A DNA stretch of 64,000 nucleotides. Source: Basidiobolus meristosporus CBS 931.73 (lineage: Eukaryota > Fungi > Basidiobolomycota). The translations under genes and the position numbers were made by a program. The notes below the pieces were generated by a model. The model worked only from the letters and a program-made list of their open reading frames with translations, had not been told where the DNA came from and did no database searches. Below, piece by piece: positions 1-13,156 of this stretch. Positions within the stretch are counted from its first letter, which is position 1; the number at the start of each line of letters is the position of its first letter. The stretch covers positions 1 to 64,000 of the forward strand of contig MCFE01000124.1 in NCBI GenBank assembly GCA_002104905.1, given 5' to 3'.

Positions 1-2562
1 CTACTGCTGGTATTAGCAACGGAAAACAATTGCATGTAAGCCGCTATGTGCCTGTGAGTAAATGTATCAGATGAAGCTATTCCTCAATCATCAACCATCA
101 GGTATGTAGGCATACCTGGACAAAGGTGTAATGAAGTAACAATGAGATATGATTGGAACTCTGCATTTCACGTGATACTGTAGTGTAGAAACACTGCTGG
201 GGCAAACTGTGCTATGGCTATACTTCGCTTAGGCTACTGATACAAGCCACGGAAGTAGTGTTATCAGCTGTGGGTACGATTCATGAACGGATCAAGTTAC
301 CAGCTTCATGGAGATTGAAATTGCAGGAATCCACTAGAAGGAATGCGTCACGCTCACCAATTTCCAATAGGTTGGATGGAGGGTGTTGCAATACATCATT
401 CATTTGGCATGTGTACCTCCGGACGTAGTATCACCTAATGGTACTACACATCAAGAATGCAAGCTCTCTTATTTGATATTATTTCCGATCTGTTCCTTCA
501 AATAGAGATAAGCTAAATTAATTCACATATTGTTCAAATTCTATTCTCGGCCTTATCCAATGAATCAGCTTATCAGTTTATATGTGTCACTGATGTGCAC
601 AGCTTGCCCTTCAGTTTTGGTAAGCAAGCAACGCAAGACCATGGTTGTCCAAACAGCACGGTTTCCGTACTGTATTGCTTCTTGAGCGATGGAAGCCCAT
701 CCCCAGAATCCCTTATGATGCTGCTCCCTTTAAAGAATGAGGACTCGGGTTCTGACAGCGAACTGAGCACCCTGGATTTCTGGCGTTGGCATCCTCCCCC
801 CATGTTGAGACTTGGTGTTGATCCCAGTTGATCCCAATCAACATCGCTTTACCATAGACATGTCTTCCCCGGCACAGTGCGATGGTATGTATCGCAAACA
901 GGATGCACTTCAGCTTCACGCTGCCCATACCATCCCACCACATACCGACATGTGAAGCGTTTGAGACTTTTGTTGGATTACAATGGAGAAATACGCGGAT
1001 ACAACAGGAATAAACCAACCCGGAATTAATAAAAGCCCCAACAAACTAACCACTTTCAGCTTATCTTCAAGTTTCATCTGGTTTAGCAGAAGGCGCTATG
1101 CAAGTGTGTATGGTCGTACTTTACTCACCGTCAGGTCTAATTTAAGAAACTTACGTCAAAATGGCCGGGTGCTACACGGCACCCAAAGCAATCAGAGCAT
1201 CGAACGATGAAACGATAAAACGTAACTTCGGCCTATGGAGCATCGTTAATAGCAAATGAGCGCTGGTGATAGTGGGATGGATTCGCTGCTGGGACGAACA
1301 CTTGATTAGGAAAGTAATATGCGAATTTCGTGCTCTCCGCCATTGACAGGATGCACGCAGATTAGTTAATACATACCGCTTGATAGTCAGGTTTGCGATG
1401 GGACAAACAACTCAAATCAAGCAGGTTGCGATAAACAGTAGATAGGTCAGCATGTCCCGCTCTGCCGATCGAATCTCCAGGTCGGATTTGGTGGCCAAGC
1501 CACACCACCCAGAGACACCACTTGGACGATCCCGACTGGAGGATAAGACTGCCTCCCCAGACAGAAAGGACTAATGGGCTTTGACGTAAGCCGCAGTAAC
1601 CGCTCAGGCTCGGATCAAGCATCTTGTTCTACCCCAGTGTTTCTGAGCGGCAGTCATGGCCGGCCAGCACAAACATATGGGTCTCTAGTTTAAGGTTTCG
1701 AAGCATCGCAGCACACGCAAGTCCGATGGATTGATAGGGAGCGGGCGGTGGTAATCAGTGACCAGCCTCACCGCGCAATCTCATCTGGTGCTACTTTGGG
1801 TAAATGCCAAATGGGCAAAGGTTTTGGGTTGAAGAGTTGGGGATTGTGGGGAGGTGAAGCCGATAGCATGGTTGATTTTCATTGAGATGCGGCTGTGGCC
1901 AATCATCTCGGGTGCAAGGGAATGAGGGCCAATTGGAGCCCAGGCCAATTGATCACACGACTCACACGACCTTCGCCGAGGCGTCGATTGGCCAGAATAA
2001 CTCCGGATTTCGGGTGAACTCCATTTGTATGGGTCACGACAAGTGGTGGATTGCCATCATGTATGCTCTTGGTCCTGCCCAATAGCCAGTTGATTAGTGC
2101 CAGTCCTAATTGTTGCAACTAATATGATCTTTGCCGCCCCCATTAAAATCTCCCTTGTGCCACCTATCGCTGCGCATACCTCGAAAATTGGTTCGGCCCC
2201 GATGAAACCATACCTGTATTTCACGGATGATCAGTGAATGAGGATTTGGCTCCCGTAGATGTTCGAGATAGTATGACGCCCAGATACGATGGACAGCGCT
2301 AATCGTCCGTTGGTAGTAGTGACAGCGGTGCTGGCGGGCGTACGCTGGCTTGTCGACACGGCATCCCGGCTGCAGGTTACATTCTGCTCACCTGGCGGCC
2401 GAATGATTTGCGCTCGGGCGTCTAATACCCACGCATCACGAATTGGCACATTTTGAATGGAAGCTGGTGGAATACCTGCCCCACCATTTTCCAAATACTT
2501 ACCAACTGAATAAAATGAAACTTGTTTAATGAAATGTCACAGATCTTAAAATACTCCTCGGA

Positions 2563-2845
2563 AATCAGATTTCTGATTGTAAACACTTGGGAATTTCTGA
2601 TTCGAGCGCATTTCCACTACATTTCCCTTTTGAATGGTGGGATTTCTCGATCCGAAATAATGTTACTTTCCCAGTAAACTAATCGCATTCTGCATGAAAT
2701 TGAGTGGACCAATATCATAGGCTGATCCATACATGCGACCTGGGTGGCCCGTCTCTGATTGGAGGATGCACCACCTTACTAAATCTGATTTAGGAAAGCC
2801 ACCGCTCATTAATGGCCATCCTACCATCCAGCCAAGAGTATAAGA
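2563..2845 (+). promoter_or_regulatory. Putative ACC1 promoter: five TCTGATT/AATCAGA motifs (one is the Y-box CTGATTGG), a CCAAT at 2709 and TATAAGA at 2839
   Basis: The 7-mer is seen at 2563 (reverse), 2572, 2596, 2754 and 2784. The TATA-like element lies about 250 nt upstream of the ATG at 3095. Regulatory function is inferred. Confidence 0.4.
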
Positions 2846-3094
2846 GCCCCAATCCCCTCCTCCAGATTCCTCACAACGGTTCCGCGTAGCCGCACATCGA
2901 ACTCTTCACTTTCCAACCTTATTCTCCTGTTCTACTCAACAGCGAGAAGTACAAGCATCACAAGCTTAGTGTACATACCCAGCTACTGTCAAATCCCATT
3001 CGCATTCAACTCAGCATATTCTGCTCTATTCATATTTCTCTTCTGAGCAAATTATTGATTAAGCTACAAAAACCAATTAATTCTTTCATTCAAC

Positions 3095-6000
3095 ATGAGC
3101 AACGTTCAAGACTTCATAGGTATGTGCGCCGAGTCCTCGCTAAGCCTCCACTGAGTACGAAGGCTTGTTTGGCTAACCCAACTCTAATTTCTAGGCGGTA
3201 ACACTTTGGAGAACGCCCCTCCCAGCATTGTCAAGGACTTCGTCCAGAAGTCTGGTGGTCATACAGTCATCACCAAGGTTCTTATTGCCAACAACGGTAT
3301 CGCTGCCGTCAAAGAGATCCGTTCGGTGAGAAAATGGGCCTACGAGACTTTCGGAAACGAGCGTGCTATCGAATTCACCGTCATGGCCACTCCCGAGGAT
3401 CTCAAGGTCAATGCCGAATACATCCGCATGGCTGATCAGTACGTTGAGGTTCCCGGAGGAACGAACAACAACAACTACGCCAACGTCGATTTGATCATTG
3501 ACATCGCCGAGCGTACCGGAGTTCATGCCATCTGGGCTGGGTGGGGTCATGCTTCCGAAAACCCTCGCCTCCCTGAGCTCCTTCGACAAAGCAAGAACAA
3601 GGCGGTATTCATTGGCCCTCCTGGCTCAGCCATGAGATCTTTGGGTGACAAGATTTCCTCCACGATTGTTGCACAATCTGCCAAAGTCCCTACTTTGGGG
3701 TGGAGCGGTAACGGCTTATCCGAAACTATGACCACTGAGCAAGGTTTCCTTAGTGTTCCCGATGATGTCTACGAGAAAGCCTGTGTTACTTCCGCCGAAC
3801 AAGGCCTGGAGAAAGCCGAGGAGATTGGATTCCCCATTATGATCAAAGCCTCCGAGGGTGGAGGTGGTAAGGGTATCAGAAAGGTCGAGTCTGCGGAGGC
3901 TTTTGCCCAATCTTACCATCAAGTTGAGGGTGAAGTCCCCGGATCCCCCATCTTCATCATGAAGCTTGCTGGTGACTCTAGACATCTTGAGGTCCAGTTG
4001 CTTGCCGATCAATACGGTAATGCTATCTCCCTTTTCGGCAGAGACTGCTCGGTGCAACGTCGTCACCAAAAGATCATCGAAGAAGCCCCGGTCACAATCG
4101 CCAAGCCGGATACTTTCGAGGAAATGGAGAAGGCTGCTGTACGCCTTGCCAAACTTGTCGGTTATGTCAGCGCTGGTACTGTCGAGTACCTTTACAGCCA
4201 TTCCGATGAACGTTTCTACTTCCTGGAGTTGAATCCCAGATTGCAGGTGGAGCATCCTACCACCGAAATGGTTTCCGGTGTCAATCTCCCCGCCGCCCAA
4301 CTTCAAATTGCTATGGGAATCCCTCTCCATAGAATTCGTGACATTCGCTTGTTGTACGGATTGGCCCCAAGTGGCACTTCCGAAATTGACTTCGATTTCG
4401 AGAAGCAGGAGTCCTACCAAACTCAGCGCAAGCCTTCCCCCAAGGGACACGTTATTGCTGTCCGTATCACCGCCGAGAATCCCGATGCTGGCTTCAAGCC
4501 AAGCGGAGGAATGATGGAGGAACTCAACTTCAGAAGTAGCACTAACGTCTGGGGATACTTCTCCCTTAGTTCAGCTGGTGGTCTTCACGAGTTCGCTGAT
4601 TCCCAATTTGGTCATATTTTCTCGTATGGTGAAAATCGTCAACAAGCTCGTAAGAATATGGTTGTTGCCTTGAAAGAAATGTCTATTCGTGGTGAATTCC
4701 GTACCACCGTGGAATACCTCATCAAGTTGCTGGAGACCGAGGCATTCGAGCACAACACTGTCAATACCGGATGGTTGGACACCTTGATCTCCAAGAAATT
4801 AACTGCCGAGAGACCTCCAACTACCTTGGCTATTCTCTGTGGCGCCGTCTACAAAGCCCATTCCCAGTCCGAAGAAAAGATCCAGGAATTCAAACGCTCT
4901 CTTGAGAGAGGTCAGGTGTTGAGCAAGGATATTTTGCGCTCTGCCTTCACTGTTGACTTCATTATGGAAGGTGTTCGTTACAAGTTCACTGCTACTCGTA
5001 TATCCCACGACGCATACGCACTTTACATCAACGGAACCAGAACCGAGATCTCGGTTCGCTCCTTGACTGATGGTGGACTCTTGGTCCTTCTTGACGGAAA
5101 GAGTCACACTATCTACACCAAGGAAGAGGTCCAAGCCACTCGTATGATGGTTGATGGAAAGACCTGTTTGTTGGAGCAAGAGAATGACCCTACTCAGTTG
5201 AGATCCCCATCACCTGGTAAATTGGTGCGCTACTTGGTCGAGCCAGGAGGCCACATCAAGTCTGGTGACGCCTACGCTGAGATTGAGGTTATGAAAATGT
5301 ACATGCCTTTGGTTGCCTCCGAAGATGGTATTGTTCAGTTCATCAAACAGCCCGGAAGTACTCTTGGTGCTGGAGACATCATTGGTATCCTCACCCTGGA
5401 TGACCCTAGCCTTGTCCGCCACGCCAAGTTGTTCGAAGGCCAAATTCCTCCCATGGGCCCACCCCTCCACGTCGGTGACAAGGTTCATCAACGCTTCCGT
5501 GAAATCAAGCGTTCACTTGACCTCATTTTGGATGGTTATGATAGTCAACGCCCAGTTCAGACTACAATCAAGCAGCTCCTTGAATATCTCCAAGACAACG
5601 AATTGCCATTCAATCAATTCAACGAAGTCATGTCTGCTTTGTCAGGAAGAATGCCTGCCAAGCTGGAATCGGAACTTTACCACTTGGTCGACCAGGCTCA
5701 AAAGAACCAGGCCGTTTTCCCTGCGGCTAAGCTCAATGAGGTTATCGAAAGCTACGCCCGCAACTTGAGACCCTCCGAAGTCGCTACTTTCAAGACATCA
5801 CTTGCCCCTATCATTGAGGTGGTCACCTCCTTCATTGCTGGCCCAATCACTAACCAGAGACGTGTTATCTACGAGTTGTTCAACAAGTATTACACCACTG
5901 AAAAGCTCTTCGATGACGATACCAAGCGTGAAGAAGAAGTTATTCTCAGCCTGCGTGACGCCCACAAGGATGATCTTAACTTGGTGGTTAATTTGGTTCA

Positions 6001-9000
6001 ATCTCACTGGAGAGTTGCGGGTAAGAACAGCTTGATTCTTGCCTTACTCGAAGAGATCCGCCCTCACGGAGTTGGTGGCTCTTTGGACAAATGCTACTCT
6101 TCTATCTTGAAGAACTTGTCTGAGTTGAACAGTCGCCATACCGCCAAGGTTGCTCTTCTTGCCAAGGAGATGGTTATCCAAACTCAGCTTCCTTCCTACG
6201 AGGAGCGTATGGTCCAGATGGAGCGCATTCTCAAGAGCGCTGTTACCGACACTATCTATGGTGTTGGTGAGGAAGAATACCGCACACCCAGTTATGATTC
6301 TATCAAGGATCTTATCGTGACCAACTACTTCATGTTCGATGTTCTTCAGAACTTCTTCTATCACGAAAACGTCTGGATCTCCCTTGCCGCCTTAGAGGTT
6401 TACTGCAGACGTTCATACCATGCTTATGATATTTACGATACTGTTTACCACACTGAGCAAACTCCCTTCATTTTTGAATGGAACTTCGAACTCCATGGAT
6501 CCAGCAGAGTTGGCTCCTTGGAGCGCAACCTCTCTTCCCAGCGCATCTTGAGTATTTCTGACATGAGCTTTATGCAGAATACTGTTGGTGATGAGCCCAT
6601 TCGTAGAGGTGCTATGGGTGCTTTCCAGACCTTCGAGGAGCTTGAGGCTCACTTTGACCGTGTACTCTCGGTCTTCAGCCTCGTCGAGTCCAAGAATGTT
6701 GCCCCTAGAAACATCTTGAACTTGGCCTTGCATGTTCCCCTCTCGGAAGAATTCCATGACCAGACCTGGGTCCAGCGTTTGCAACAGTTCTTGCAGTCCA
6801 ATGCTGAGAAGCTTCGTAGCCGCGGCATCCGCCGTGTCACCTTCTTGTTGAACCGTGAAGGCTCCACCCCTGCATTCTTCACCTTCCGCGAGAAGAACGA
6901 ATACGCGGAAGACCAAACCATCCGTCATATCGAGCCTGCATTGGCCTATCAATTGGAGCTTAACCGTCTTTCTAACTTCGACATTACCCCATGCTTCAGC
7001 GAGAACCGCAACATCCACGTCTACTATGCCGTTGGCAAGGAGAACATCTCTGATTGCAGATTCTTTGTGCGAGTGCTGGTTCGTCCAGGCAGACTCAGAT
7101 CCAATCTTCAGACCGCAGACTACCTTGTGTCGGAGAGTGACCGCTTGTTGACTGATATTCTTGATGCCCTTGAGATCGTCAACTCGACCTACAAGAATTC
7201 CGATTGCAACCATTTGTTCATCAACTTCATCCCTACATTCGTTCTTGAGCCTGAGCAGGTAGAATCTGCCTTGACTGGATTCATCGATCGTCATGGTAAG
7301 CGTCTATGGAGACAGCGTGTGACTGGGGCCGAGATCCGCTTCAATGTTCAAACCAGCAAGTCCGAGAACCCCATCCCTGTGCGCTTCACCATCAGCAACG
7401 TCTCTGGTTTCGTTCTCCAAATGGAAACTTACACCGAAGAGAAGAACGGAGCTGGCGAGTTGATCTACAAATCATTGGGCGCCCCTGGATCCATGCACCT
7501 CCAGCCCATCTCTACCAAGTATCAAATCAAGGAATGGCTCCAGCCCCGCCGTTACAAGGCCCATGTTATGGGCACCGCCTATGTCTACGATTTCCCCGAA
7601 CTGTTCAGACAATCCATTCGTAACTCCTGGGCGAAGGCCGCTGCCCAGGATCCTACCCTCCGTGCACCCCAAGAGCTGCTGAACGCCAAGGAGTTGGTGT
7701 TGGATGAGAACAACGAAATCCACGAGCTCTACCGTCCACCGGGCTCCAACAACTGCGGTATGGTTGCTTGGATCTTCGAGATGTTCACACCAGAGTATCC
7801 TCAAGGCAGAAAGGTCGTGGTGATTGCCAACGACATCACATTCCGTATTGGTTCCTTCGGGGTTGCCGAGGATATGGTCTTCTACAAGGCCTCCGAGCTA
7901 GCCCGTAAGCTTGGTATCCCCCGAGTCTACCTGTCTGCCAACTCCGGTGCTCGTATTGGTTTGGCTGAGGAGGTTCAGTCCATGTTCCGTGCCGCATGGA
8001 ACGACAAGGAGGATGCTTCCAAGGGCTTCAAGTACCTCTACCTTACCCTGGACGAATACGAGGGCTTGAACGCCGAAGGCCAGAAGGTCGTCCTTGGTCA
8101 GGAGATCGAGGACGAAGGCGAACGTCGCTTCATGATCACTGACGTGATTGGTGCGACCGACGGCTTGGGTGTGGAGAATTTGCGTGGATCTGGTCTCATT
8201 GCTGGTGAAACCTCTCGCGCCTACGATGACATCTTCACCATTACCTTGGTCAGCTGTAGATCGGTTGGTATCGGTGCTTATCTTGTCCGTCTAGGCCAGA
8301 GAACCATTCAGAACGAAGGACAGCCCATCATTCTTACCGGTGCTCCCGCCTTGAACAAGGTTCTCGGTCGCGAGGTGTACTCGTCCAACCTGCAGTTGGG
8401 CGGTACTCAGATCATGTACAAGAATGGTGTGTCCCACAACACCGCTGCCAACGATCTTGATGGTATTGCCAAGATCATCGACTGGTTGTCATTCGTACCT
8501 GCCCATCGTGGCGGCAACCTCCCAATTGTGCGCAGCATCGACCCAGTTGATCGTGAGATCACCTATACTCCCCCCAAGGGACCCTCTGACCCTCGACACT
8601 TCCTTCAAGGTAGATTCGAGAACGACGACAATACCGGCGAGTGGTTGAGCGGTTTCTTCGACAAGGGTTCCTTTGTTGAAACTCTTGGTGGATGGGCCCG
8701 TACCGTGGTGACTGGTCGCGCTCGCCTTGGAGGTATCCCCATGGGTGTGATTGCTGTGGAAACCCGTACTGTGGAGCACATCATCCCTGCTGATCCCGCC
8801 AACGTTAGCTCTGAGGAACAGGTTCTCGTTGAGGCTGGTGGTGTCTGGTACCCCAACTCTGCATACAAGACTGCCCAAGCCATCAACGACTTCAACAAGG
8901 GAGAGCAACTTCCTTTGATCATCTTCGCTAACTGGCGTGGTTTCTCTGGTGGCCAGCGCGATATGTACAACGAGATCCTCAAGTACGGCTCGTACATTGT

Positions 9001-9799
9001 CGATGCTTTGGCCAACTACAAACAGCCAGCATTCGTCTACATCGTCCCCAACGGTGAGCTTAGAGGTGGTGCATGGGTTGTCCTTGACCCTACCATCAAC
9101 TCCGACATGATGGAAATGTACGCCGACTCCAAGGCCAGAGCCGGCGTCTTGGAGCCCGAGGGTATCGTGGAAATCAAGTTCCGTAAGCCACACCTTCTTG
9201 CCGCCATGGAAAGATTGGACGACACCTACCGCAGCCTGAAGCAGCAGCTGAAGAACACCGAAATCACCGCCGAGCAGAAGGCCGAGCTCACCTTGAAGTT
9301 GGAGGCCAGAGAGAAGGATCTCCTTCCCATCTACTCCCAGATTGCCATCCACTTCGCCGACCTTCATGACACCCCCGGCCGTATGAAGGCCAAGGGCACC
9401 ATTCGCGAGTCATTGGATTGGAAGAATGCCCGTCAATACTTCTACTGGCGTGTACTCAGACGTGTCAACGAAGAGCGCTGGTTGAAGCAGATCCTTAGTG
9501 CCAACAGCACTTTGGCCCGTGAGGATAGCATCGCTCACCTCAAGAATTGGTTCTTGCAGGACACCAACAGCGATGCCCAAACCTGGGAGAGCGCTGATGA
9601 GACTGTTGCCCAATGGTTGGTGCAATCATCGCAGAACATCGAGCAACACCTGCAGAAGTTGAGGAAGTCCTATGTTGCCAGACAGGTCGTTGATTTGGCA
9701 TTATCCGACCGTTCTGCTGCATTGGAAGGATTCATCGAAACCTTTAACACCCTCTCCACTGAAGAGCGTGACTACTTGTTGAGTCAGTTGACCCACTAA
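3095..9799 (+). CDS. ACC1: Acetyl-CoA carboxylase (about 2210 aa), one intron at 3120-3194
   Basis: Exon 1 reads MSNVQDFI(G). The intron has a GTATGT donor, GCTAAC branch point and CTAG acceptor and splices in frame into the 2197-aa ORF. Biotin carboxylase motifs (LIANNGIAAVK, EGGGGKGIR), biotinylation site EVMKM and carboxyltransferase motifs (SANSGARIG, WRGFSGG) are present. Confidence 0.98.
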
Positions 9800-10324
9800 A
9801 CATCAGTTCTATACCCTAACCCCCCCCCATCATCATATGTTGCATTAGGAATCTTCCCGTGCAACTTTGCCTAGCCACTGTATTTTTTCTTGCATTTTCT
9901 ATCAATTAACAATTAAACGATTCTCAACCCATCCATGTCCCACTCCAGTCACCGCCTGGATGATCGACCTGATTGCAGATCGCCCAGTGCATCATTATGA
10001 TCTGTGCATAGGCCAGTGATTCGCTTAGCTCGTGATTCGCACCACATTGGCTGCCCCAGGTGTTCTACATCAGCATTGAGCAGCCGCATCCCCTGAACCA
10101 TCTGATCGTATGCATTGGGTTGGCCATTCAACAGTCAGGAGGGAACGCAAGGGCAGGTCGAGTCGAGTTACTTACAATGGTTTATTTTACACATTAGCAA
10201 TCTGGTGTGTTTGCGAAGAATGGGAAACGAATCCTGACAATAGGGTAACTGTGGATAGTACAAGGTGTTATCGTGGAGAAAATCCGATGCCACCGAACGG
10301 AGAGTGTTGGTATGGGTGAATGGC

Positions 10325-11053
10325 TCAATCATCATGCGCATTCCCCAGCCAGCCTATGTCGTGAAACCAATCCCACACTTTGCCAGTTTTGTTGACGTCC
10401 ACCCGGCACATCCGCTGTGCATCGGTTTTGCGAAATTGCGCTTTCAGTCGGGATTCGTGTAGAATGACCCTCTTGATGGTTAGGTACTGATCGGGCTTCA
10501 GCCTCAGTATTGAAGCGACATCCGCCTCCTCTGGTAACAGAGTGCTATACAGTGGGTGTCTCGAGATATCCAGCGGCACGCCTATCAGTCAAACAGGATG
10601 AGCACTCTCCCTCGCATATGCAGACATAAGAATAACAATACCTTTCCAGACAACCTTGGATCTGCTAGCGACGCGCTTATCTATTGGCGGCGTTACGATA
10701 TCGTCCTCCAGGGTGGCATCCAATATCTTCTTCAGCTTGTCCGAGTTGAGTTTGTGCGTGTTATGTGGGTGTTTGTGTGGGCTTTGGATTTCGGGCTCGC
10801 TTTTCTTTCCCTGGATATCCCCCAGCTCGAACAGCTTCTGGGGGTCCTCGCGGTACATGCTATCTACTGCGTTGAGCTTGATGATTCCAAGCTTCATGCG
10901 CTCCTCCTCGGACAACGGCGGAACGATGCTTCGCCTTGGATAGGGGTTTTTGCGTCTTCGATGTCGACTGGCCCCCGGCCTGCGCGTGGGGACACATTGA
11001 TGTGTGGCCAGTCGATTTTCTGATGGAATCGATGTTTGGTGTGACAGCAACAT
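10325..11053 (-). CDS. SWIRM-domain protein, Fun19/YOR338W-like (about 222 aa), intron at 10582-10641
   Basis: Splicing GTATTG..GATAG joins VVWKG to VPLDISRHP. The C-terminus LKPDQYLTIKR..FRKTDAQRMCRVDVNKTGKVWDWFHDIGWL matches the fungal Fun19-type SWIRM. The first in-frame ATG was taken as start, so the start is less certain. Confidence 0.85.
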
Positions 11054-11695
11054 CACCTCCTGGGTCGTACGAGATGTCCAGGTAAACTGATATAAGAATG
11101 GCGTTGGCAAGGAGGGTTTTCTACTGATGTGATCGAGTGAAGGATGTTGGCTGGTAAATGAACGGCATACACCCGCTTCGTAAGTGGTCAAATCTGAAAG
11201 CTCGTCAGTAATATAATGTACAAGGATATCTATGTGTTAACGTGATTGGCGACGATGTGATGTTAGTTACACGCGAATGAGGGTTATAATGATAAACTCA
11301 ACTACATGTTGAGAATTTTTCTCTTGACCGTGTCTCTTTATATTCTCCCCAAGAAATCCTGAGGGCTCACCGATTGGCGCAGCCGACTGATCCCGGGTCA
11401 AGACAAATTTCGAAATCCCATCTTTTAGTAAGGTTTTTCTCGAGCGCATGGATCGGGGATTGATTGTTGCCTGATGTTTGTGGTGCATTGGCGATTTTTT
11501 CCATCGCAGCATTGTCGGCATTGAGCCATGGTGTGAGTCTCAACTCAATGCGGATTATTAAGCTTAGAAATTCACAACCTTGACATCACTGATTTGCCAA
11601 ATTTGACTAGGCTTGGTCTACATATCATATGGTACACGCTGAAAATGCCCGGTTGCAAACACTGGATTTATTGGATATTTGTTGCATGCTGCCAC

Positions 11696-12661
11696 CTACG
11701 GAAGCTTGACTTGGCTAAACTATGAGAAATCATCAATACACGCTCGGAAAACTTCGTGGGACTCGGGCACTACTTACGTCCATCTCCGGATGCTATACGA
11801 CGAATAATTCCCCATTAGTATATGAGTGATAGAAGACCCCGACTGACTGGTTGGAGGGTTACCTGTTGCTTGAACTTCTCGAACATCTCCATCTTCTTGA
11901 GCTCTTCGCTAGATGGAAGACCCATGGCCTTCTGGCGCTGATCGAACTGTTTGTTGGTTAGATCTCTGCTACACACCTTGCTAGGGGGAGGTTCAGGAGC
12001 ATTCACAGTACCATCATTTTCTCTACCATGGTGCGTGTCTCGCCATCTAGATCCTCCAGCTTGGAGTTCTCTGGCTGGATCTTGGTTGTGTCGATCTTGG
12101 GGTGATGGGTGACCACGTTTTCCCACCATTCCATGCCGTTGACTTTCTCCAAATGGATTTGCACCTCTTTACGATCCTCTGCGTTGCCGGAAAAGAGCAA
12201 GATGAGTCGAACATAGGCGAAGCGATGGGAGGGGGGTGCTCTTACTCACCTAGAGTCCAAGTCGAGTCGTCGAGCTTGACTGCCTTGCATAGTTCGCCCT
12301 GGTAACCATATCAGCTTTGCCCCGATTCTTTCAGTGAAGTGTATATCCTACCTCGACAATGGGTGGCTGGTTCTTCAGCCCGACAGTGAGGTGATTCTTC
12401 TTTATGACTACGTTGAGATCTTTGGCCCTTACTCCTTGTGGGACCGGGACAACGATGTCCACCTCTTGTAAGGTTTGTCTCCACTGATATGGGAGTTCTA
12501 TTTGGGAGAGGGGACTGGTTTAGTTGGCCAATCGTGCGTGGTGAAGACTGCGCATGATCTTTACTTGCTTGCTCCTCCCTCTCCTTCTGACGAATCTCCT
12601 CGTCGTACTTGGCCGCTTCCTCCTCCGTCATATCGGCGTACTTTTTTTCGCTGGTGGACAT
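11696..12661 (-). CDS. nudC: Nuclear distribution protein NudC (CS/p23 domain + NudC C-terminus), 7 exons
   Basis: Six GT-AG introns assemble [92 protein letters not shown], a hallmark NudC sequence. Confidence 0.93.
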
Positions 12662-13156
12662 TTTTGAATAGGCTATATCCAAGGCAAACCGACTGTCTCC
12701 CTCAACAGACGAAGGGGTACTATTGCTGATGACTGTATGATGTAAAAAAAAATCAAAACGTCATTCAATTGATCAAAGAATGATTCTAAATGCGCGGATT
12801 TGTTGATTCAATGGAAACTAATGGAATATCCCACACCAACCCGCGGTGCAATTTCCACAATTGTTGCATGCTCAATGTCTCTGGTGAGTAGGATTCGGTC
12901 GAACGGGAAAGACCAGTTTCGAGATAGGTGCCATGGAGTTTTCGATGCTTTTATTCAAGTAGGATGCCTACTGTTTGGGAGACATCAAGGCTTCGGCTTC
13001 ATCAGAAAGAGTATATATACCAAACCCCACAATAAAATGACGAGATTCTCTACAAATAATGCTTACATGGAACATCACACACCATTACTTTACCAGCAGA
13101 CTTATCAAACGGTCAATGGAGCGTGGCGGCTCGAGAGTGCAACATAAACATCCTCA

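Noticed and set aside
1-2500. Short ORFs on both strands upstream of ACC1
   Set aside because: No recognisable domain, no consistent splice pattern and stops in all frames tried. Left unannotated.
3191-9722. Many antisense and alternate-frame ORFs of up to 293 aa overlapping ACC1 (likewise over the hexokinase, RGS, M28 and phosphatase genes)
   Set aside because: Expected shadows of codon bias in long coding sequences; no motifs.
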